Shown: positions 1 to 10,815, counted from the first letter of the whole stretch. The stretch is DNA of 62,318 bases, filler included, from Candidatus Woesearchaeota archaeon (GCA_016180285.1; 6 parts of 6 records of this genome joined end to end with filler, not necessarily neighbours in it); one strand, 5' to 3'. Numbers and translations: made by a program. The notes: generated from the letters alone by a model not told the origin.

Positions 1-153
1 AACACCGGGCACGAACAAGACAAAGCCGTTCTTCTTGGCTATGCCGTCGCCTTTCTCGCCGACAGCTTCTATCTTTACATCCAACTCGTCGCCAACCTTA
101 ACTGGCGCAAAACTTCTTTGTGGCCTGTAGCCACCACTATCATTTCCGTACAT
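1..153 (-). CDS. TRAM-domain RNA-binding protein (3' end outside window)
   Basis: Manual translation MYGNDSGGYRPQRSFAPVKVGDELDVKIEAVGEKGDGIAKKNGFVLFVPGV matches the archaeal single-TRAM motif. A GGTGG SD lies upstream. Not in the ORF track. Confidence 0.9.
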   Translation of the reverse strand, partial: MYGNDSGGYRPQRSFAPVKVGDELDVKIEAVGEKGDGIAKKNGFVLFVPGV

Positions 154-236
154 ATTTTTCCACCCATATATTTATTTTACACCACTGGTGTAATATGCCT
201 GTAAAATGCGCTTTTATTTATAAATGTATGGGAAAA

Positions 237-1226
237 TCACTGCTTTAACAGCCCAGCGATCTCTCCAACAGCATACCCAAAATGCTCCAGAACAAACACC
301 AAAAAAACATGAAAAGCCAGGTTGATTCTGCCCTTTTTCATGCAAAGGCAAAGGCTGTATAAAAAAACAAGCGGGAAATAAAGCAAAGGAATTAAAAATA
401 ATTTATTGAAAAAACTTAGAAAACTCAGAAGCACGATAACTATAAAAAATATCGGCAGCAAATAAATAAATTTAAACTCTTTCAGCCTTTTCATTAAAAA
501 AATCCTGCCCTTCCCATACGCATACATGTTTTTCAAAAACTTCATGGGTGTGCTTCTTAACTTGTGCCAGACAAAGCTGTTTGGCAGTACAGCGATCTTA
601 TATCCTCTTTTCCTTAATTTAAAGTTAACATCATAGTCTTCGCACATATTCCTTAATTTTTCATCAAATCCGCCAACTTCCAGCAATAATTTTTTGCTGT
701 GCAGCGCATTACAGCAGGGCAGGCTTGGGACAAAAGTTATTTTGCTGAATTTTTTTGCCTGCGCGCTTCCCAAAGAACCTAAAAAAGAATCAAATGCAAT
801 TCCAACAGCAGCCATGAAATTCGGAGCATTTTTAGGAGGAATATTCGCCCCGCCAACAGCAGCAACACTCTTTCCTTTCAGCTTTTCATAACCTTCAACT
901 AAAATTTTAAGCCAGTCTTTCGGAACAATGCAGTCTGCATCTGTGAATGCAATAAGCTCATAAGCCGCATTTCTCAAGCCAACATTCCTTGATGAGGCAA
1001 TAAATCTTTTCGGATTGTTTATTAGCCTTATTTTTACTTTATTTTTAAATTTTTTAATAAAGTCCCCGGCAATATCTTTTGTTTTATCGCTTGAATTCCC
1101 ATCAACAACTAAAATTTCATAATCTTTTTTATTATAATCAAGATTAACAAGAGAATTCAGGCAGTCTGCGATATTTCTTTCTTCGTTATATGTTACAACA
1201 ATTACACTCGCTTTCAAAACAGCCAC
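237..1226 (-). CDS. Glycosyltransferase family 2 with C-terminal TM helices
   Basis: SVIVVTYNEE, VVDGNSSDKT, FTDADC and GGFDE...EDYD motifs. Confidence 0.92.
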   Translation of the reverse strand: MAVLKASVIVVTYNEERNIADCLNSLVNLDYNKKDYEILVVDGNSSDKTKDIAGDFIKKFKNKVKIRLINNPKRFIASSRNVGLRNAAYELIAFTDADCIVPKDWLKILVEGYEKLKGKSVAAVGGANIPPKNAPNFMAAVGIAFDSFLGSLGSAQAKKFSKITFVPSLPCCNALHSKKLLLEVGGFDEKLRNMCEDYDVNFKLRKRGYKIAVLPNSFVWHKLRSTPMKFLKNMYAYGKGRIFLMKRLKEFKFIYLLPIFFIVIVLLSFLSFFNKLFLIPLLYFPLVFLYSLCLCMKKGRINLAFHVFLVFVLEHFGYAVGEIAGLLKQ

Positions 1227-2368
1227 CCATAAATTTGGTTAAATCTTTTAAATACCATCTGCAGCAGGTCTTCTTTCAAAATAGATGCGTCCTCAGGATA
1301 AAGCGAAGCCCCGAAATAAGAGAGCAGAGCATATACTATTAAGAACGCAACAATTATCCAATAAAAGTTTTTCAGTTTTAATTTTTTTGCAAGCTTCCTG
1401 CTTCCTTCATAAAGCCCGTAAGCCGCTAATGGAATGACGAAAGGGAACAATATGAAAGCATATCTCGGAGAGAACAGGCCGACAACAACAAAAATGAAGA
1501 TTATTGCTAAAAACTCCAGTATGAAATTTTTTAAATAAAAACTTCTTCTTCCATTATCTTTATCATAAAATAGCCCAAAAATAAAAGGAATCCATAAAAT
1601 ATGGAATGTAATAAGCGTTCTAAACCCAAACATCCATAATATTGTAATAAAATTAAACTGGTACTGGAGGAAAAAATTGATGTAATTTGAGTATTTGCTT
1701 GCTATGTGTAGGCTCAATAATTTCCTCCACAAATAAGCCGGAATAATGGAAATAAAAAGTGCAGCAAGTATTTTCAGGATTTTATTTATTTTTTTAACAA
1801 AAGAAAAGCCATCTTTGAATAATGCGCTTAAAATAAAATAAATCGGGAGAATATAGTTGTGGTCCTTTGCCAATATTGCCGCCGCCATGACAAGCCCAAT
1901 TACAATGTAATCAATAATCCTGCCTTTTCTCAGGCACCATTCTATCGCAGCAATCCCCAAAAACAAAAAGAAAAACCCTGCTGTTTCAATCAAAGGCCTT
2001 CCGCCCCATGCAATTAATGGCAAAGAGGTTGCAAAGATTATTGCAGAGATAAATCCGATATCTTTGCTCTTGAAAAAATTCTTAAAAAAAACATAAACAA
2101 GAATTGAGCTTAAACAATAGAATAAAATGCTGAGCAAAGAATAAGCCACACTAATGCCAAAAACCGGCTCAAAAGCAGCAGCAATCAAAGGAACAAGCAT
2201 CCTTGATGCCCATGGCGAATCAATTGCTGCATTTCTGCCCTGTATGAACCTTGTTGTGTCAAAATAATGATCGGAATCCGCCAAAGGCTGGTTGAAGTAC
2301 ATCAAAGATCCTACAATGCTCAAAGCGATTAAAACAGCATAAATCAGGTAATCTTTGTTATTGTTCAT
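1214..2368 (-). CDS. Multi-TM GT-C-type (PMT/ArnT-like) glycosyltransferase
   Basis: About 10 TM helices, early acidic loop (DSDHY), late PRY motif, glycosylation-cluster context. Confidence 0.65.
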   Translation of the reverse strand: MNNNKDYLIYAVLIALSIVGSLMYFNQPLADSDHYFDTTRFIQGRNAAIDSPWASRMLVPLIAAAFEPVFGISVAYSLLSILFYCLSSILVYVFFKNFFKSKDIGFISAIIFATSLPLIAWGGRPLIETAGFFFLFLGIAAIEWCLRKGRIIDYIVIGLVMAAAILAKDHNYILPIYFILSALFKDGFSFVKKINKILKILAALFISIIPAYLWRKLLSLHIASKYSNYINFFLQYQFNFITILWMFGFRTLITFHILWIPFIFGLFYDKDNGRRSFYLKNFILEFLAIIFIFVVVGLFSPRYAFILFPFVIPLAAYGLYEGSRKLAKKLKLKNFYWIIVAFLIVYALLSYFGASLYPEDASILKEDLLQMVFKRFNQIYGWLF

Positions 2369-3132
2369 CTTACCGGTTTTATATCGAATTTTTTGACTTT
2401 TTTAATTCCGTATTTGTGCAGCAGATAGCCATAAAGTGATTTCAGGATATTGAAGCCATAGCTGAAGATCTTGACATGGCTCTTCTCATCGCCGTAATAG
2501 GTTGGAATCGGCCTTTCAGCAATTCTCAGGTTTGCAACCTTAAATTGGATCAGTATATCTGTATCAAAATGAAAGTCATCTGCGCATAAATTAAATGGAA
2601 TCTTTTTAAGCGCTGCGCAGCTGTAAAGCCTGAACCCCGAATGATATTCTGATAAATTCAAGCCAAGCACTTTGTTTTCAATCCATGTCAGGATCTTGTT
2701 GCCAATGAATTTCATCAAAGGCATTCCGCCTTTCAGAGGATTGCCTTTCATCCTTGAGCCGAAAACCATGTCTGCCTTTCCTTTTTCCAATGGCTCAAGC
2801 AGATAAGGTATTTTTTCAGGGGCATACTGCGCATCTCCGTGCAGCATTACAACAATGTCAAAGCCCTTGTCTATTGCATACTGATATGCGTATTTTTGGT
2901 TTCCGCCATAACCCTTGTTTTTTTCATTCTTGAAAACTTTCAGATTAGACAGGTTTTTTTCTTTTTTGTAGCCAACCCCGATAAAATATGTATTGTCCTG
3001 GCTCGCATCATCAACAACAAATATTTCCTTGACCTCTTTTTTCAATTTTTCAGGAATCCGGTCTATCAGGATTGGCAGCGTTTTTGCAGCATTATAGGTC
3101 GGAATGAAAATCGCAATCTTCTTCTTGGTCAT
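2365..3132 (-). CDS. GT2 glycosyltransferase, dolichol-phosphate-mannose-synthase-like
   Basis: IPTYNAA, VDDASQD, NKGYGG, LHGDAQY, GSR, SGFRLY motifs. Confidence 0.92.
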   Translation of the reverse strand: MTKKKIAIFIPTYNAAKTLPILIDRIPEKLKKEVKEIFVVDDASQDNTYFIGVGYKKEKNLSNLKVFKNEKNKGYGGNQKYAYQYAIDKGFDIVVMLHGDAQYAPEKIPYLLEPLEKGKADMVFGSRMKGNPLKGGMPLMKFIGNKILTWIENKVLGLNLSEYHSGFRLYSCAALKKIPFNLCADDFHFDTDILIQFKVANLRIAERPIPTYYGDEKSHVKIFSYGFNILKSLYGYLLHKYGIKKVKKFDIKPVR

Positions 3133-3134
3133 TT

Positions 3135-3461
3135 TTATTTCTTCTTCCTTATTGCAATCTCTCTCACAATCTTCGTGACTTCCTGCTCAATGTTCTCGGT
3201 TTTCACATAAATTCTGAAAATCAGGTAAAACAGCAGTATGATGCTCACATAAATCGCAACATCTGTGCCTCTTCCTATCCCCAATAGCCCAGCAAAGACT
3301 TTTGTTATATCCGGCAGAAATCCAAAGAATATTATTATGAGCCATAAAATGCTCCAGAATATGAATTCCTTCATAGTTATTTCTTTATCCTTGAATCTCA
3401 ATATAACCCTGCTAAACGCAAAGAGCCCAAAAGCAATAATCAAGACCTGCAATATTTCCAT
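3135..3461 (-). CDS. DUF2304-family membrane protein
   Basis: Three TMs, GIGRGTD and C-terminal TKIVREIA; typical partner of DPM-like GT2. Confidence 0.85.
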   Translation of the reverse strand: MEILQVLIIAFGLFAFSRVILRFKDKEITMKEFIFWSILWLIIIFFGFLPDITKVFAGLLGIGRGTDVAIYVSIILLFYLIFRIYVKTENIEQEVTKIVREIAIRKKK

Positions 3462-3465
3462 TTTT

Positions 3466-4149
3466 TCACCTCATTAGCTTTCTCACAACCAATTTTAATA
3501 AAATCTTGAACGCGTTTAAATTGCTTTGCCCTTTTTTTAATGAATAATCTGTGTAAATCGCCTTTATCGGCACTTCTTTGAACCTTAGATTGCGCCTTCC
3601 AATTTCGCTGATCATTTCAGAGCTAACCTCCATCCTGTTGCCTTTTATGCTTATCTTCTCAGCTGCTTTTCTTGAAAATGCCCTTAACCCGGATTGAGAG
3701 TCAGTAGTCCATACGCCAAACATTATGTAAGTTATAAAATTCATTCCCCAATTGCCAACTTTTCTTATAAAAGGCATTCCATCTGGCTTTATCAGCCTGG
3801 AGCCAATTACAACATCTGCTTTTCCATCCAATATTGGTTTTATCAAGCGTTTAATATCTGAAGCAGCATGCTGGCCGTCTGCATCAAATGTTACAATAAT
3901 GCCTGCATTCTTCATAATCGCAGCTTTAATGCCCGTCCCAAGAGCGCCGCCAAGGCCTCGGTTAATAACATGCTTATACACGTCAACTTTGCGGCTTTTG
4001 GCAATTTTATATGTATTATCCTGGCTGCCATCGTCCACAACAATTATGTCTTCATGGCCATTCCTGATGAGATCAGAGATGACATTGCCTATCTTGGCTT
4101 CTTCATTATACGCCGGAATTACAATAACCACGCCCCTGTTACGCATCAT
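3466..4149 (-). CDS. GT2 glycosyltransferase, DPM-synthase-like
   Basis: VIPAYNEE, VDDGSQD, FDADGQH, TDSQSGLRA. Start moved to MMRNRG because the longer ORF overlaps the divergent gene. Confidence 0.9.
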   Translation of the reverse strand: MMRNRGVVIVIPAYNEEAKIGNVISDLIRNGHEDIIVVDDGSQDNTYKIAKSRKVDVYKHVINRGLGGALGTGIKAAIMKNAGIIVTFDADGQHAASDIKRLIKPILDGKADVVIGSRLIKPDGMPFIRKVGNWGMNFITYIMFGVWTTDSQSGLRAFSRKAAEKISIKGNRMEVSSEMISEIGRRNLRFKEVPIKAIYTDYSLKKGQSNLNAFKILLKLVVRKLMR

Positions 4150-4237
4150 ATATCTTGTTGAAATAGGTGGATTTAAAAATTTAATGAATTTGGCTTCAGA
4201 AAACTTTAAATAATATATGCCTATTTTCCATATTAAA

Positions 4238-5161
4238 ATGAAGCTTAGCATAGTTATACCTGTGTATAATGAGGAAAAGAGCATTTTTCCGCTTTACAGC
4301 AGGCTTAGCGCTGTTTTATCAAAGTATAAGAATTATGAGGTCATCTTTGTCGATGACGGAAGCAGAGACCGCACATTTGCCAATATACAGGTCCTGCACA
4401 AAAAAGATAGGTATGTGAAGGCAATAAAATTCAAAAGGAATTTTGGCCAGACAGCAGCTTTATCAGCCGGATTCGAGCACGCAAATGGCGACATCATAGT
4501 CACAATGGATGGCGACCTGCAGAATGACCCTGAAGACATTCCTAGGCTTGTTGAAAAGATAAATGAAGGCCATGACATGGTGAGCGGATGGCGGCATAAG
4601 AGAAAGGACCCGTTTGCAAAAAAACTTGCATCTTCTCTGGCAAATATTGCAAGAAAAATCATGTTAAAGGACAAGATCCATGATTCAGGCTGCGCATTGA
4701 AGGCATACAGGAAAGAAAGCATTAAAGATCTTGAGATATACGGCGAAATGCACCGCTACCTCCCGGCAATTGTTGCAATGAATGGCTACAAAGTAGGGGA
4801 AATAAAAGTAAGCCATTACCCGAGAAAATTCGGAAAGACAAAATACAGCACAACAAGGATATTCAAGGGCTTGCTTGATCTTTTTTACATTAAGTTCTGG
4901 TCAGATTATTCAACAAGGCCATTGCATTTTTTCGGCTTTTTAGGGTTATCAGAAATTTTTATTGGGCTGCTGCTTGTCATTTACAATGTCATAAAATACG
5001 GCTCCCACCTTCTCATTGGCCCGACTTTATTATTGGCAGCGCTTTTAGTAATTACCGGAGTGCAGTTCATAGTTTTTGGATTTTTGGCTGAAATTTTAAT
5101 AAGGACATATTATGGCGCCAGCAATGATAAAGGTTACAAAATTGAAAAAACACTCAGGTAA
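4238..5161 (+). CDS. GT2 polyprenol-phosphate glycosyltransferase (ArnC/GtrB-like)
   Basis: SIVIPVYNEE, RNFGQTAA, MDGDLQNDP, GEMHRY and two C-terminal TMs. Confidence 0.92.
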   Translation: MKLSIVIPVYNEEKSIFPLYSRLSAVLSKYKNYEVIFVDDGSRDRTFANIQVLHKKDRYVKAIKFKRNFGQTAALSAGFEHANGDIIVTMDGDLQNDPEDIPRLVEKINEGHDMVSGWRHKRKDPFAKKLASSLANIARKIMLKDKIHDSGCALKAYRKESIKDLEIYGEMHRYLPAIVAMNGYKVGEIKVSHYPRKFGKTKYSTTRIFKGLLDLFYIKFWSDYSTRPLHFFGFLGLSEIFIGLLLVIYNVIKYGSHLLIGPTLLLAALLVITGVQFIVFGFLAEILIRTYYGASNDKGYKIEKTLR

Positions 5162-5816
5162 AGCGGGCAAAGGCAAATTGTTCTACAAATGGAATGAGCA
5201 GATGTTTGTCAAGCATGGCAATGAAAGCAGATTCAAGCATGCTAACCCGGTGATAAAATACATTTCAAATCACAGGAAAAGAGCCATCCTGAACCTCCTC
5301 TCCCCAAAAAATACAGATAAGATGCTTGATGCAGGATGCGGCTCCGGCATAATATTGAGGGAAATAAAAGAAGGCAGCGTTATTGGCATTGATTGCTCTG
5401 CTACAGCGCTAAGGCAGGCCAGGAAAAATATGCAGGGTAAAAATACAAAGCTGATGATGGCAGATGTCCAGAAACTCCCATTCAAAAAAAACAGCTTCAA
5501 TAAAATAATCTGCTCTGAGGTAATTGAGCACCTGCCCAGCCCGGCAAAAGTCATAGATGAAATAAAAAGGGTTTCTAAAAGAGGCGCAATAGTTATTTTT
5601 ACAATACCTAATCAGCCTTTGCTGGACAAGATAGCGTATATGTTCAGAAAACTGAATGTAAAAAAAGGAGAGCTGGATTTGGACATGGAGTGGCACATAC
5701 ATAAATTTAACCTGAAGAAATTCAGGCAGCTGATAAAAAACAAATTCAAAATAATCAAAATAAAGAGAAGCCCATTCTTATTCCCTCTCAGCTACATTAT
5801 CCAATGCAGGAATTAA
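5112..5816 (+). CDS. Class I SAM-dependent methyltransferase
   Basis: LDAGCGSG motif I and CSEVIEHL. Start codon uncertain. Confidence 0.88.
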   Translation: MAPAMIKVTKLKKHSGKAGKGKLFYKWNEQMFVKHGNESRFKHANPVIKYISNHRKRAILNLLSPKNTDKMLDAGCGSGIILREIKEGSVIGIDCSATALRQARKNMQGKNTKLMMADVQKLPFKKNSFNKIICSEVIEHLPSPAKVIDEIKRVSKRGAIVIFTIPNQPLLDKIAYMFRKLNVKKGELDLDMEWHIHKFNLKKFRQLIKNKFKIIKIKRSPFLFPLSYIIQCRN

Positions 5817-5830
5817 AAAGCTAAATTAAA

Positions 5831-7783
5831 ATGTGCGGCATAAGCGGATTTAATTTCGAGGACAAGGCATCAATAAAAAAGATGTGCGATGTTATAGTAC
5901 ATCGCGGCCCAGATCAGGGCGGGATTTACACAGACAAAGGCATTTCTTTGGGCCACAGAAGGCTGAGCATCATTGACCTCAGCGAAAAGGGAATGCAGCC
6001 GATGTGCAATGAAGACAAGGACATCTGGATTGTTTTTAACGGCGAAATATATAATTACAAGGAACTGAGGTTAGATCTCGAAAATAAAGCTCATAAGTTC
6101 CGCAGTGAAACAGATACCGAAACAATAGTGCACGCTTATGAGGAATATGGGGAAGACTCTGTTAAAAAGCTGAATGGCGATTTTGCATATGCAATATATG
6201 ACGGCAAAAAAAAGAAGCTCTTGCTTGCAAGGGACAGGCTCGGAATAAAGCCATTGTATTACTATCTGGACAGCAATAAGATAATATTTGCTTCTGAAAT
6301 AAAGGCAATACTGCAGCATAAAATAAAAAAAGAGGTAAATTTAGAGTCATTAAACAGGTTCATCACATTGAGATACATACCGCCTTCAGAAACAATTTTC
6401 AAAAATATCTATAAATTAAAGCCAGGGCATCTGCTGTCCTATGATTTAAAGAATAAAACTCACGCTATAATCAGATACTGGATCCCGGATATTTCAAATG
6501 GCAATATTCTTCCGGCTTCTGAGAACTTTTTTATTAAAAAAATCCAGGTATTATTGAAGGACTGCGTGAACAGAAGGTTGATGAGCGACGTTCCTCTTGG
6601 CGCCTACCTTAGCGGAGGCATTGATTCAAGCTCTGTTGTTGCTATGATGAGCATGATCAGCAAAGAAACCAATTCAAAAGAGGAGGTAAAGACATTCTCA
6701 GTCGGATTTGGCCATGGCGAGGAAACTGATGAATTGCAGCATGCGAAATTGATAAGCGAGCATTTCGGCACTAACCACAGGGAATATACTGTAAAATCAG
6801 ACCTTGTAAAGCTGCTTCCAAAAATAGTGTGGCATTCTGACGAGCCATTGGCAGATCCTGCTCTTATCCCAGTCTACCTTCTTGCGCAGAATGCAAAAAA
6901 AGAAGTCACAGTTGTGCTTACAGGAGACGGCGGAGACGAGGTTTTTGCAGGATACGAGCAGTGCAAGTTTTTAATGCTGATGGAAAAGATGAAAAGGATT
7001 AATGTGCTTAAAAAAACAGTGCTTCCTTTTTTTGTTAAAAATTCGCCAAAATTCCTGTTAAATAAATTTTTTAAATATAGCTCCTCTTTGGGTGATGAGG
7101 GGATAAAGAGGGCGGTAAGCCTTCTGAAATCTGAGGGGAAAGGCAGGAATTACCTCGATATAGTATCAATCTTTAGCGAAGAAGACAAGAAAGGGGCCTT
7201 ATTAAGCGATATTTACGGAAAAATAAAAAACACAAATCTGAGCAGATGGCTTGATGCAGAATATTTTAACAACAAAAACAATTATCTGAACCAGATCTTG
7301 GCCATGGAAATGGAAACCGTGCTGCCAGAGGACTTTTTGATGAAAGCAGACAAGATGAACATGGCCCATGCAGTTGAGGAAAGGGTGCCTTTTTTGGATC
7401 ACAGATTGGTTGAGCTTTCCTTTACAATGCCGCCTAAGCTCAAGCTTCATGGCTTCAATGAAAAATACATTCTGAAAAAGGCAATGTCAAACTTCATCCC
7501 GAAAAAAATAATCAGCAGGCAGAAGCAGCGCTTCTATGTTCCGATTGATTTGTGGATCAGGGAAGACCTGAAATACTGGAGCGATATTCTGCTTGATAAG
7601 GAAACTATAAAAAGGCAGGGTTATTTTGATTATTCTTACATCGATAAAATAAGAAGGAATTATTCCGGGTCAAGGCTTTATTATGCAAGGCAGCTCTGGA
7701 GCCTGCTGGCTTTCCAGCTTTGGCACAGGATATTTATTGAAAACGAAATGCACAGTGAAATAGATCTGAATAAGCTTTACTAA
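5831..7783 (+). CDS. asnB: Asparagine synthase (glutamine-hydrolysing)-family amidotransferase
   Basis: N-terminal MCGI, HRGPD, NGEIYN, LSGGIDSS, TGDGGDE and RVPFLD. In this context it is probably a glycan amidotransferase. Confidence 0.93.
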   Translation: MCGISGFNFEDKASIKKMCDVIVHRGPDQGGIYTDKGISLGHRRLSIIDLSEKGMQPMCNEDKDIWIVFNGEIYNYKELRLDLENKAHKFRSETDTETIVHAYEEYGEDSVKKLNGDFAYAIYDGKKKKLLLARDRLGIKPLYYYLDSNKIIFASEIKAILQHKIKKEVNLESLNRFITLRYIPPSETIFKNIYKLKPGHLLSYDLKNKTHAIIRYWIPDISNGNILPASENFFIKKIQVLLKDCVNRRLMSDVPLGAYLSGGIDSSSVVAMMSMISKETNSKEEVKTFSVGFGHGEETDELQHAKLISEHFGTNHREYTVKSDLVKLLPKIVWHSDEPLADPALIPVYLLAQNAKKEVTVVLTGDGGDEVFAGYEQCKFLMLMEKMKRINVLKKTVLPFFVKNSPKFLLNKFFKYSSSLGDEGIKRAVSLLKSEGKGRNYLDIVSIFSEEDKKGALLSDIYGKIKNTNLSRWLDAEYFNNKNNYLNQILAMEMETVLPEDFLMKADKMNMAHAVEERVPFLDHRLVELSFTMPPKLKLHGFNEKYILKKAMSNFIPKKIISRQKQRFYVPIDLWIREDLKYWSDILLDKETIKRQGYFDYSYIDKIRRNYSGSRLYYARQLWSLLAFQLWHRIFIENEMHSEIDLNKLY

Positions 7784-7793
7784 AAATGACAAA

Positions 7794-9299
7794 ATGATTG
7801 AACTGACAAACAAAAAAATAATGCTGCTGGTTGCCTTTTTGATAGCCATTAACCTAATTCCAATATGGTTTTTTGCTTATCCGCCATTGCAGGATTACCC
7901 GCAGCATCTTATGCAGGATAAAATTGTCATGGATTACCAGAATAAGGAATTTGATTACAGCAAATATTTTGATTTGAAATTCAGCCTTATACCCACTCTT
8001 TTTTCGATTTTTTCAATCATTTTATTTTCAAAAATCTTCGGCATTTACATTGCTGGAAAAATATTTCTTAGCATTTACGCAATCCTGTTTCCATTAAGCA
8101 TTTTCTATTTTTTAGGCGCTGTTGGCAGGCGAAAGGCGATTCTTGGGTTTTTCAGCTTTATTTTCACTTATAACTGGTTTTTCAACAAAGGGCTGATCGA
8201 TTTTGCAATAAGCCTTCCTTTCTTCTTTTTTGCATTAGGCTATTGGCTTAACAACCGGGATAAAATGAACATCGGCAAAATTCTGATTTCCACAATATTG
8301 GCGCTTCTGACCTTGTTTTCGCATCTGTTCTCTTTCATAATTTTGTTGATATCTGTATTTTTAGTGCAGATATTCCGCTATAAAAATAAAAAACAGGCAT
8401 TCACAACAACGATCCCTTTCATATTGCCTGTTATTTTATTTGCAATATTCTGGTTTACAAGAACACCGGATGCTGCTCCGATTGATATCCTTTCTGCTTT
8501 TAACCCCCTGGTTTTGCTTAAGTCTTTCTTTGGTATGTTTCTGTCTTTTTCGCCGGTTCTTGAAGCTGCAATTCTGGCTGTCCCGCTGCTTTATTTTGTT
8601 TTTTTATTTCTCAGAAAATTTTTGGCCGATAAGCCCTTTTTAATCAAAAGATTATTCAATAAAAAATACAAGAATGAGTTTTTGATTTTAGCCTTGATTT
8701 TGCTTTTGCTGTTTGTAATTTCTCCGCCCGACCTTAAGACCTGGGCGCATTTCAAGATAAGATTCGTGCCTTTCATTGTCTTATTTTTTGTTTCCTGGCT
8801 AGAGCCGCCAAAAAAGAAGCGGCTTTTTTTGTTTATAACGCTTATTGCAGCTGTTCTATTATTGATGCTCACATTTTTTAATTATTACAATATAAACAAA
8901 GACTTTTCTGATTATTCTTCAGGCATCAGTGTTATTGAAAGAAATAAGCTCATACTGCCAATAACAATCAAGGATCTATATGGCTACACCATGAGGCCGT
9001 ACGAGCATTTCTGGGCATATTACCATATTGAAAAAGGCGGAACAGGCCCTTATGTGTTTGCAGGGCACAGCACTCATTTAATAGCATACAAGGAAAAAAT
9101 GCCTGCTCCAAAATCCATCATAGCTGCTCCAAATGAGCTGTCCCAGCAATTGAACTTCAGCAGGAAAATTTTATCTTACTATGATTATATTTTATTATGG
9201 GGTGAAAGCAGTGAAGTGGAGTCTGCTGTAATCAATTCAGGATTTTCATTATTGCATGAGAAAGGGAATCTAAAAGTATATGAAAATAAAATTCAGTAG
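7794..9299 (+). CDS. Multi-pass membrane protein, probable GT-C-fold glycosyltransferase
   Basis: PPLQDYPQH loop, many TMs, soluble C-terminal domain. Confidence 0.55.
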   Translation: MIELTNKKIMLLVAFLIAINLIPIWFFAYPPLQDYPQHLMQDKIVMDYQNKEFDYSKYFDLKFSLIPTLFSIFSIILFSKIFGIYIAGKIFLSIYAILFPLSIFYFLGAVGRRKAILGFFSFIFTYNWFFNKGLIDFAISLPFFFFALGYWLNNRDKMNIGKILISTILALLTLFSHLFSFIILLISVFLVQIFRYKNKKQAFTTTIPFILPVILFAIFWFTRTPDAAPIDILSAFNPLVLLKSFFGMFLSFSPVLEAAILAVPLLYFVFLFLRKFLADKPFLIKRLFNKKYKNEFLILALILLLLFVISPPDLKTWAHFKIRFVPFIVLFFVSWLEPPKKKRLFLFITLIAAVLLLMLTFFNYYNINKDFSDYSSGISVIERNKLILPITIKDLYGYTMRPYEHFWAYYHIEKGGTGPYVFAGHSTHLIAYKEKMPAPKSIIAAPNELSQQLNFSRKILSYYDYILLWGESSEVESAVINSGFSLLHEKGNLKVYENKIQ

Positions 9300-9355
9300 A
9301 AACATTTAAGTATTCGATTTTTTTCACAAATACCGAGGGGTGCAAGCTTATCAAA

Positions 9356-10759
9356 ATGAAAATAGCATTGGTTTTTCCTCCGTATAATTTAATAAAAGAA
9401 GCTTATGGAAGCAAGAAGCAGATAAAAAGCGGGAATCTGCCTCCGCTTGGCCTTGGCTATTTAGCCGGAGCTTTCGAGCAAAAAGGCCATACTGTCAAAA
9501 TAATAGATGCTTCTGCAATGGGAATAGGATTTAACACAACAATAGGGATTCTGAAAGAATTCGGCCCTGATTTTATCGGGATAGCTGCAAACAATGCTGT
9601 GGCTGAAAATGCGATGTTTCTCGCGAACAAGGCGAAAGAAGAGCTGAATATCCCGATTATTTTGGGCGGCCCTCATCCATCGTGCTTTCCTGAAGAATGC
9701 CTCGGTAATAAAGGCGTAGATTATATTGTCTTGGGCGAGGGTGAAAAAACCTTCCCTGAGCTGATAGATAAAATTTCGGCAAGAAAAGACGTAAAAGGAA
9801 TACCCGGTATAGGCTATAAAGAAAATGGCAAGTCAAAATTCACAGCGCAAACTGGGCCAATAATGGCTCTTGACGAGCTCCCGCCAATAGCATGGCATCT
9901 TTTTGATTTCCAGCTTTACACGCCGCTTCCTAACCAATATAAAAGGCTTCCGGCTGTGAATTATATAACCTCAAGGGGATGCCCGTGGAGAAAATGCGCC
10001 TTTTGCTATCAGAGCGGCATAATGAGCCAGGTTTATAGGCGGCATTCTCCTGAAAGGGTTGTTGAAGATATTAAGCTTTTGATGCATAAGTATGGAATAA
10101 GGGAGATTTCTTTTTGGGATGATAATTTCCTGATAAATGAAAGCTGGATAAAAAGGTTTTGCGACCTTCTCAAGGAAAACAAGCTGGATTTGGCATGGTC
10201 ATGCTATGGAAAAGTAAGCACGCCGACAGAGGAAATGCTTAAGAGGGTGGCAGAAGCAGGTTGCTGGAGCGTATTTTATGGCATAGAAAGCGGCAACCAG
10301 GACCTGCTTGACGGCATAAACAAAGGAATAACATTGGATCAGGTAAGAAGGACAATAAAGCTGACGCATAAGTATGGGATGGAAACAAGAGGCTCTTTCA
10401 TGCTCGCCATTCCTGGCGAAACCCCTGAAAAAGCTGAAAAAACAATAAAATTTGCAATAGAGCTTGACCTTGATTACGCGCAATTCCTGCCTACTTACCC
10501 TGAATATGGCACCCCGCTTTATGATCTCGCTATGAAAACAGGTAAGATTGTCAAGGGCTATCATGGAAGAACAAAAGCAGCCTACGTGCCTGAAGGGTAT
10601 AAAGATGGCAAACAAGTCGAATATTATGTCAAAAAAGCATACAGGAAATTCTATTTCAGGCCTCATTATGTTTGGAAAGTGCTTAAAAAAATAAAGTCTT
10701 TTGATGATTTTAAAAAGTATTTTGAAGGCCTGAAGTTCATGATTGGCCTTACAAACTGA
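9356..10759 (+). CDS. B12-binding-domain radical SAM protein
   Basis: PPLGLGYLA, GGPHPS, GEGE, TSRGCPWRKCAFC and GIESG motifs. Confidence 0.92.
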   Translation: MKIALVFPPYNLIKEAYGSKKQIKSGNLPPLGLGYLAGAFEQKGHTVKIIDASAMGIGFNTTIGILKEFGPDFIGIAANNAVAENAMFLANKAKEELNIPIILGGPHPSCFPEECLGNKGVDYIVLGEGEKTFPELIDKISARKDVKGIPGIGYKENGKSKFTAQTGPIMALDELPPIAWHLFDFQLYTPLPNQYKRLPAVNYITSRGCPWRKCAFCYQSGIMSQVYRRHSPERVVEDIKLLMHKYGIREISFWDDNFLINESWIKRFCDLLKENKLDLAWSCYGKVSTPTEEMLKRVAEAGCWSVFYGIESGNQDLLDGINKGITLDQVRRTIKLTHKYGMETRGSFMLAIPGETPEKAEKTIKFAIELDLDYAQFLPTYPEYGTPLYDLAMKTGKIVKGYHGRTKAAYVPEGYKDGKQVEYYVKKAYRKFYFRPHYVWKVLKKIKSFDDFKKYFEGLKFMIGLTN

Positions 10760-10815
10760 CCATGCTGGATTACAAATTCGAAATACTTAAATATTGACTG
10801 AAATCAGGGTTTTAT

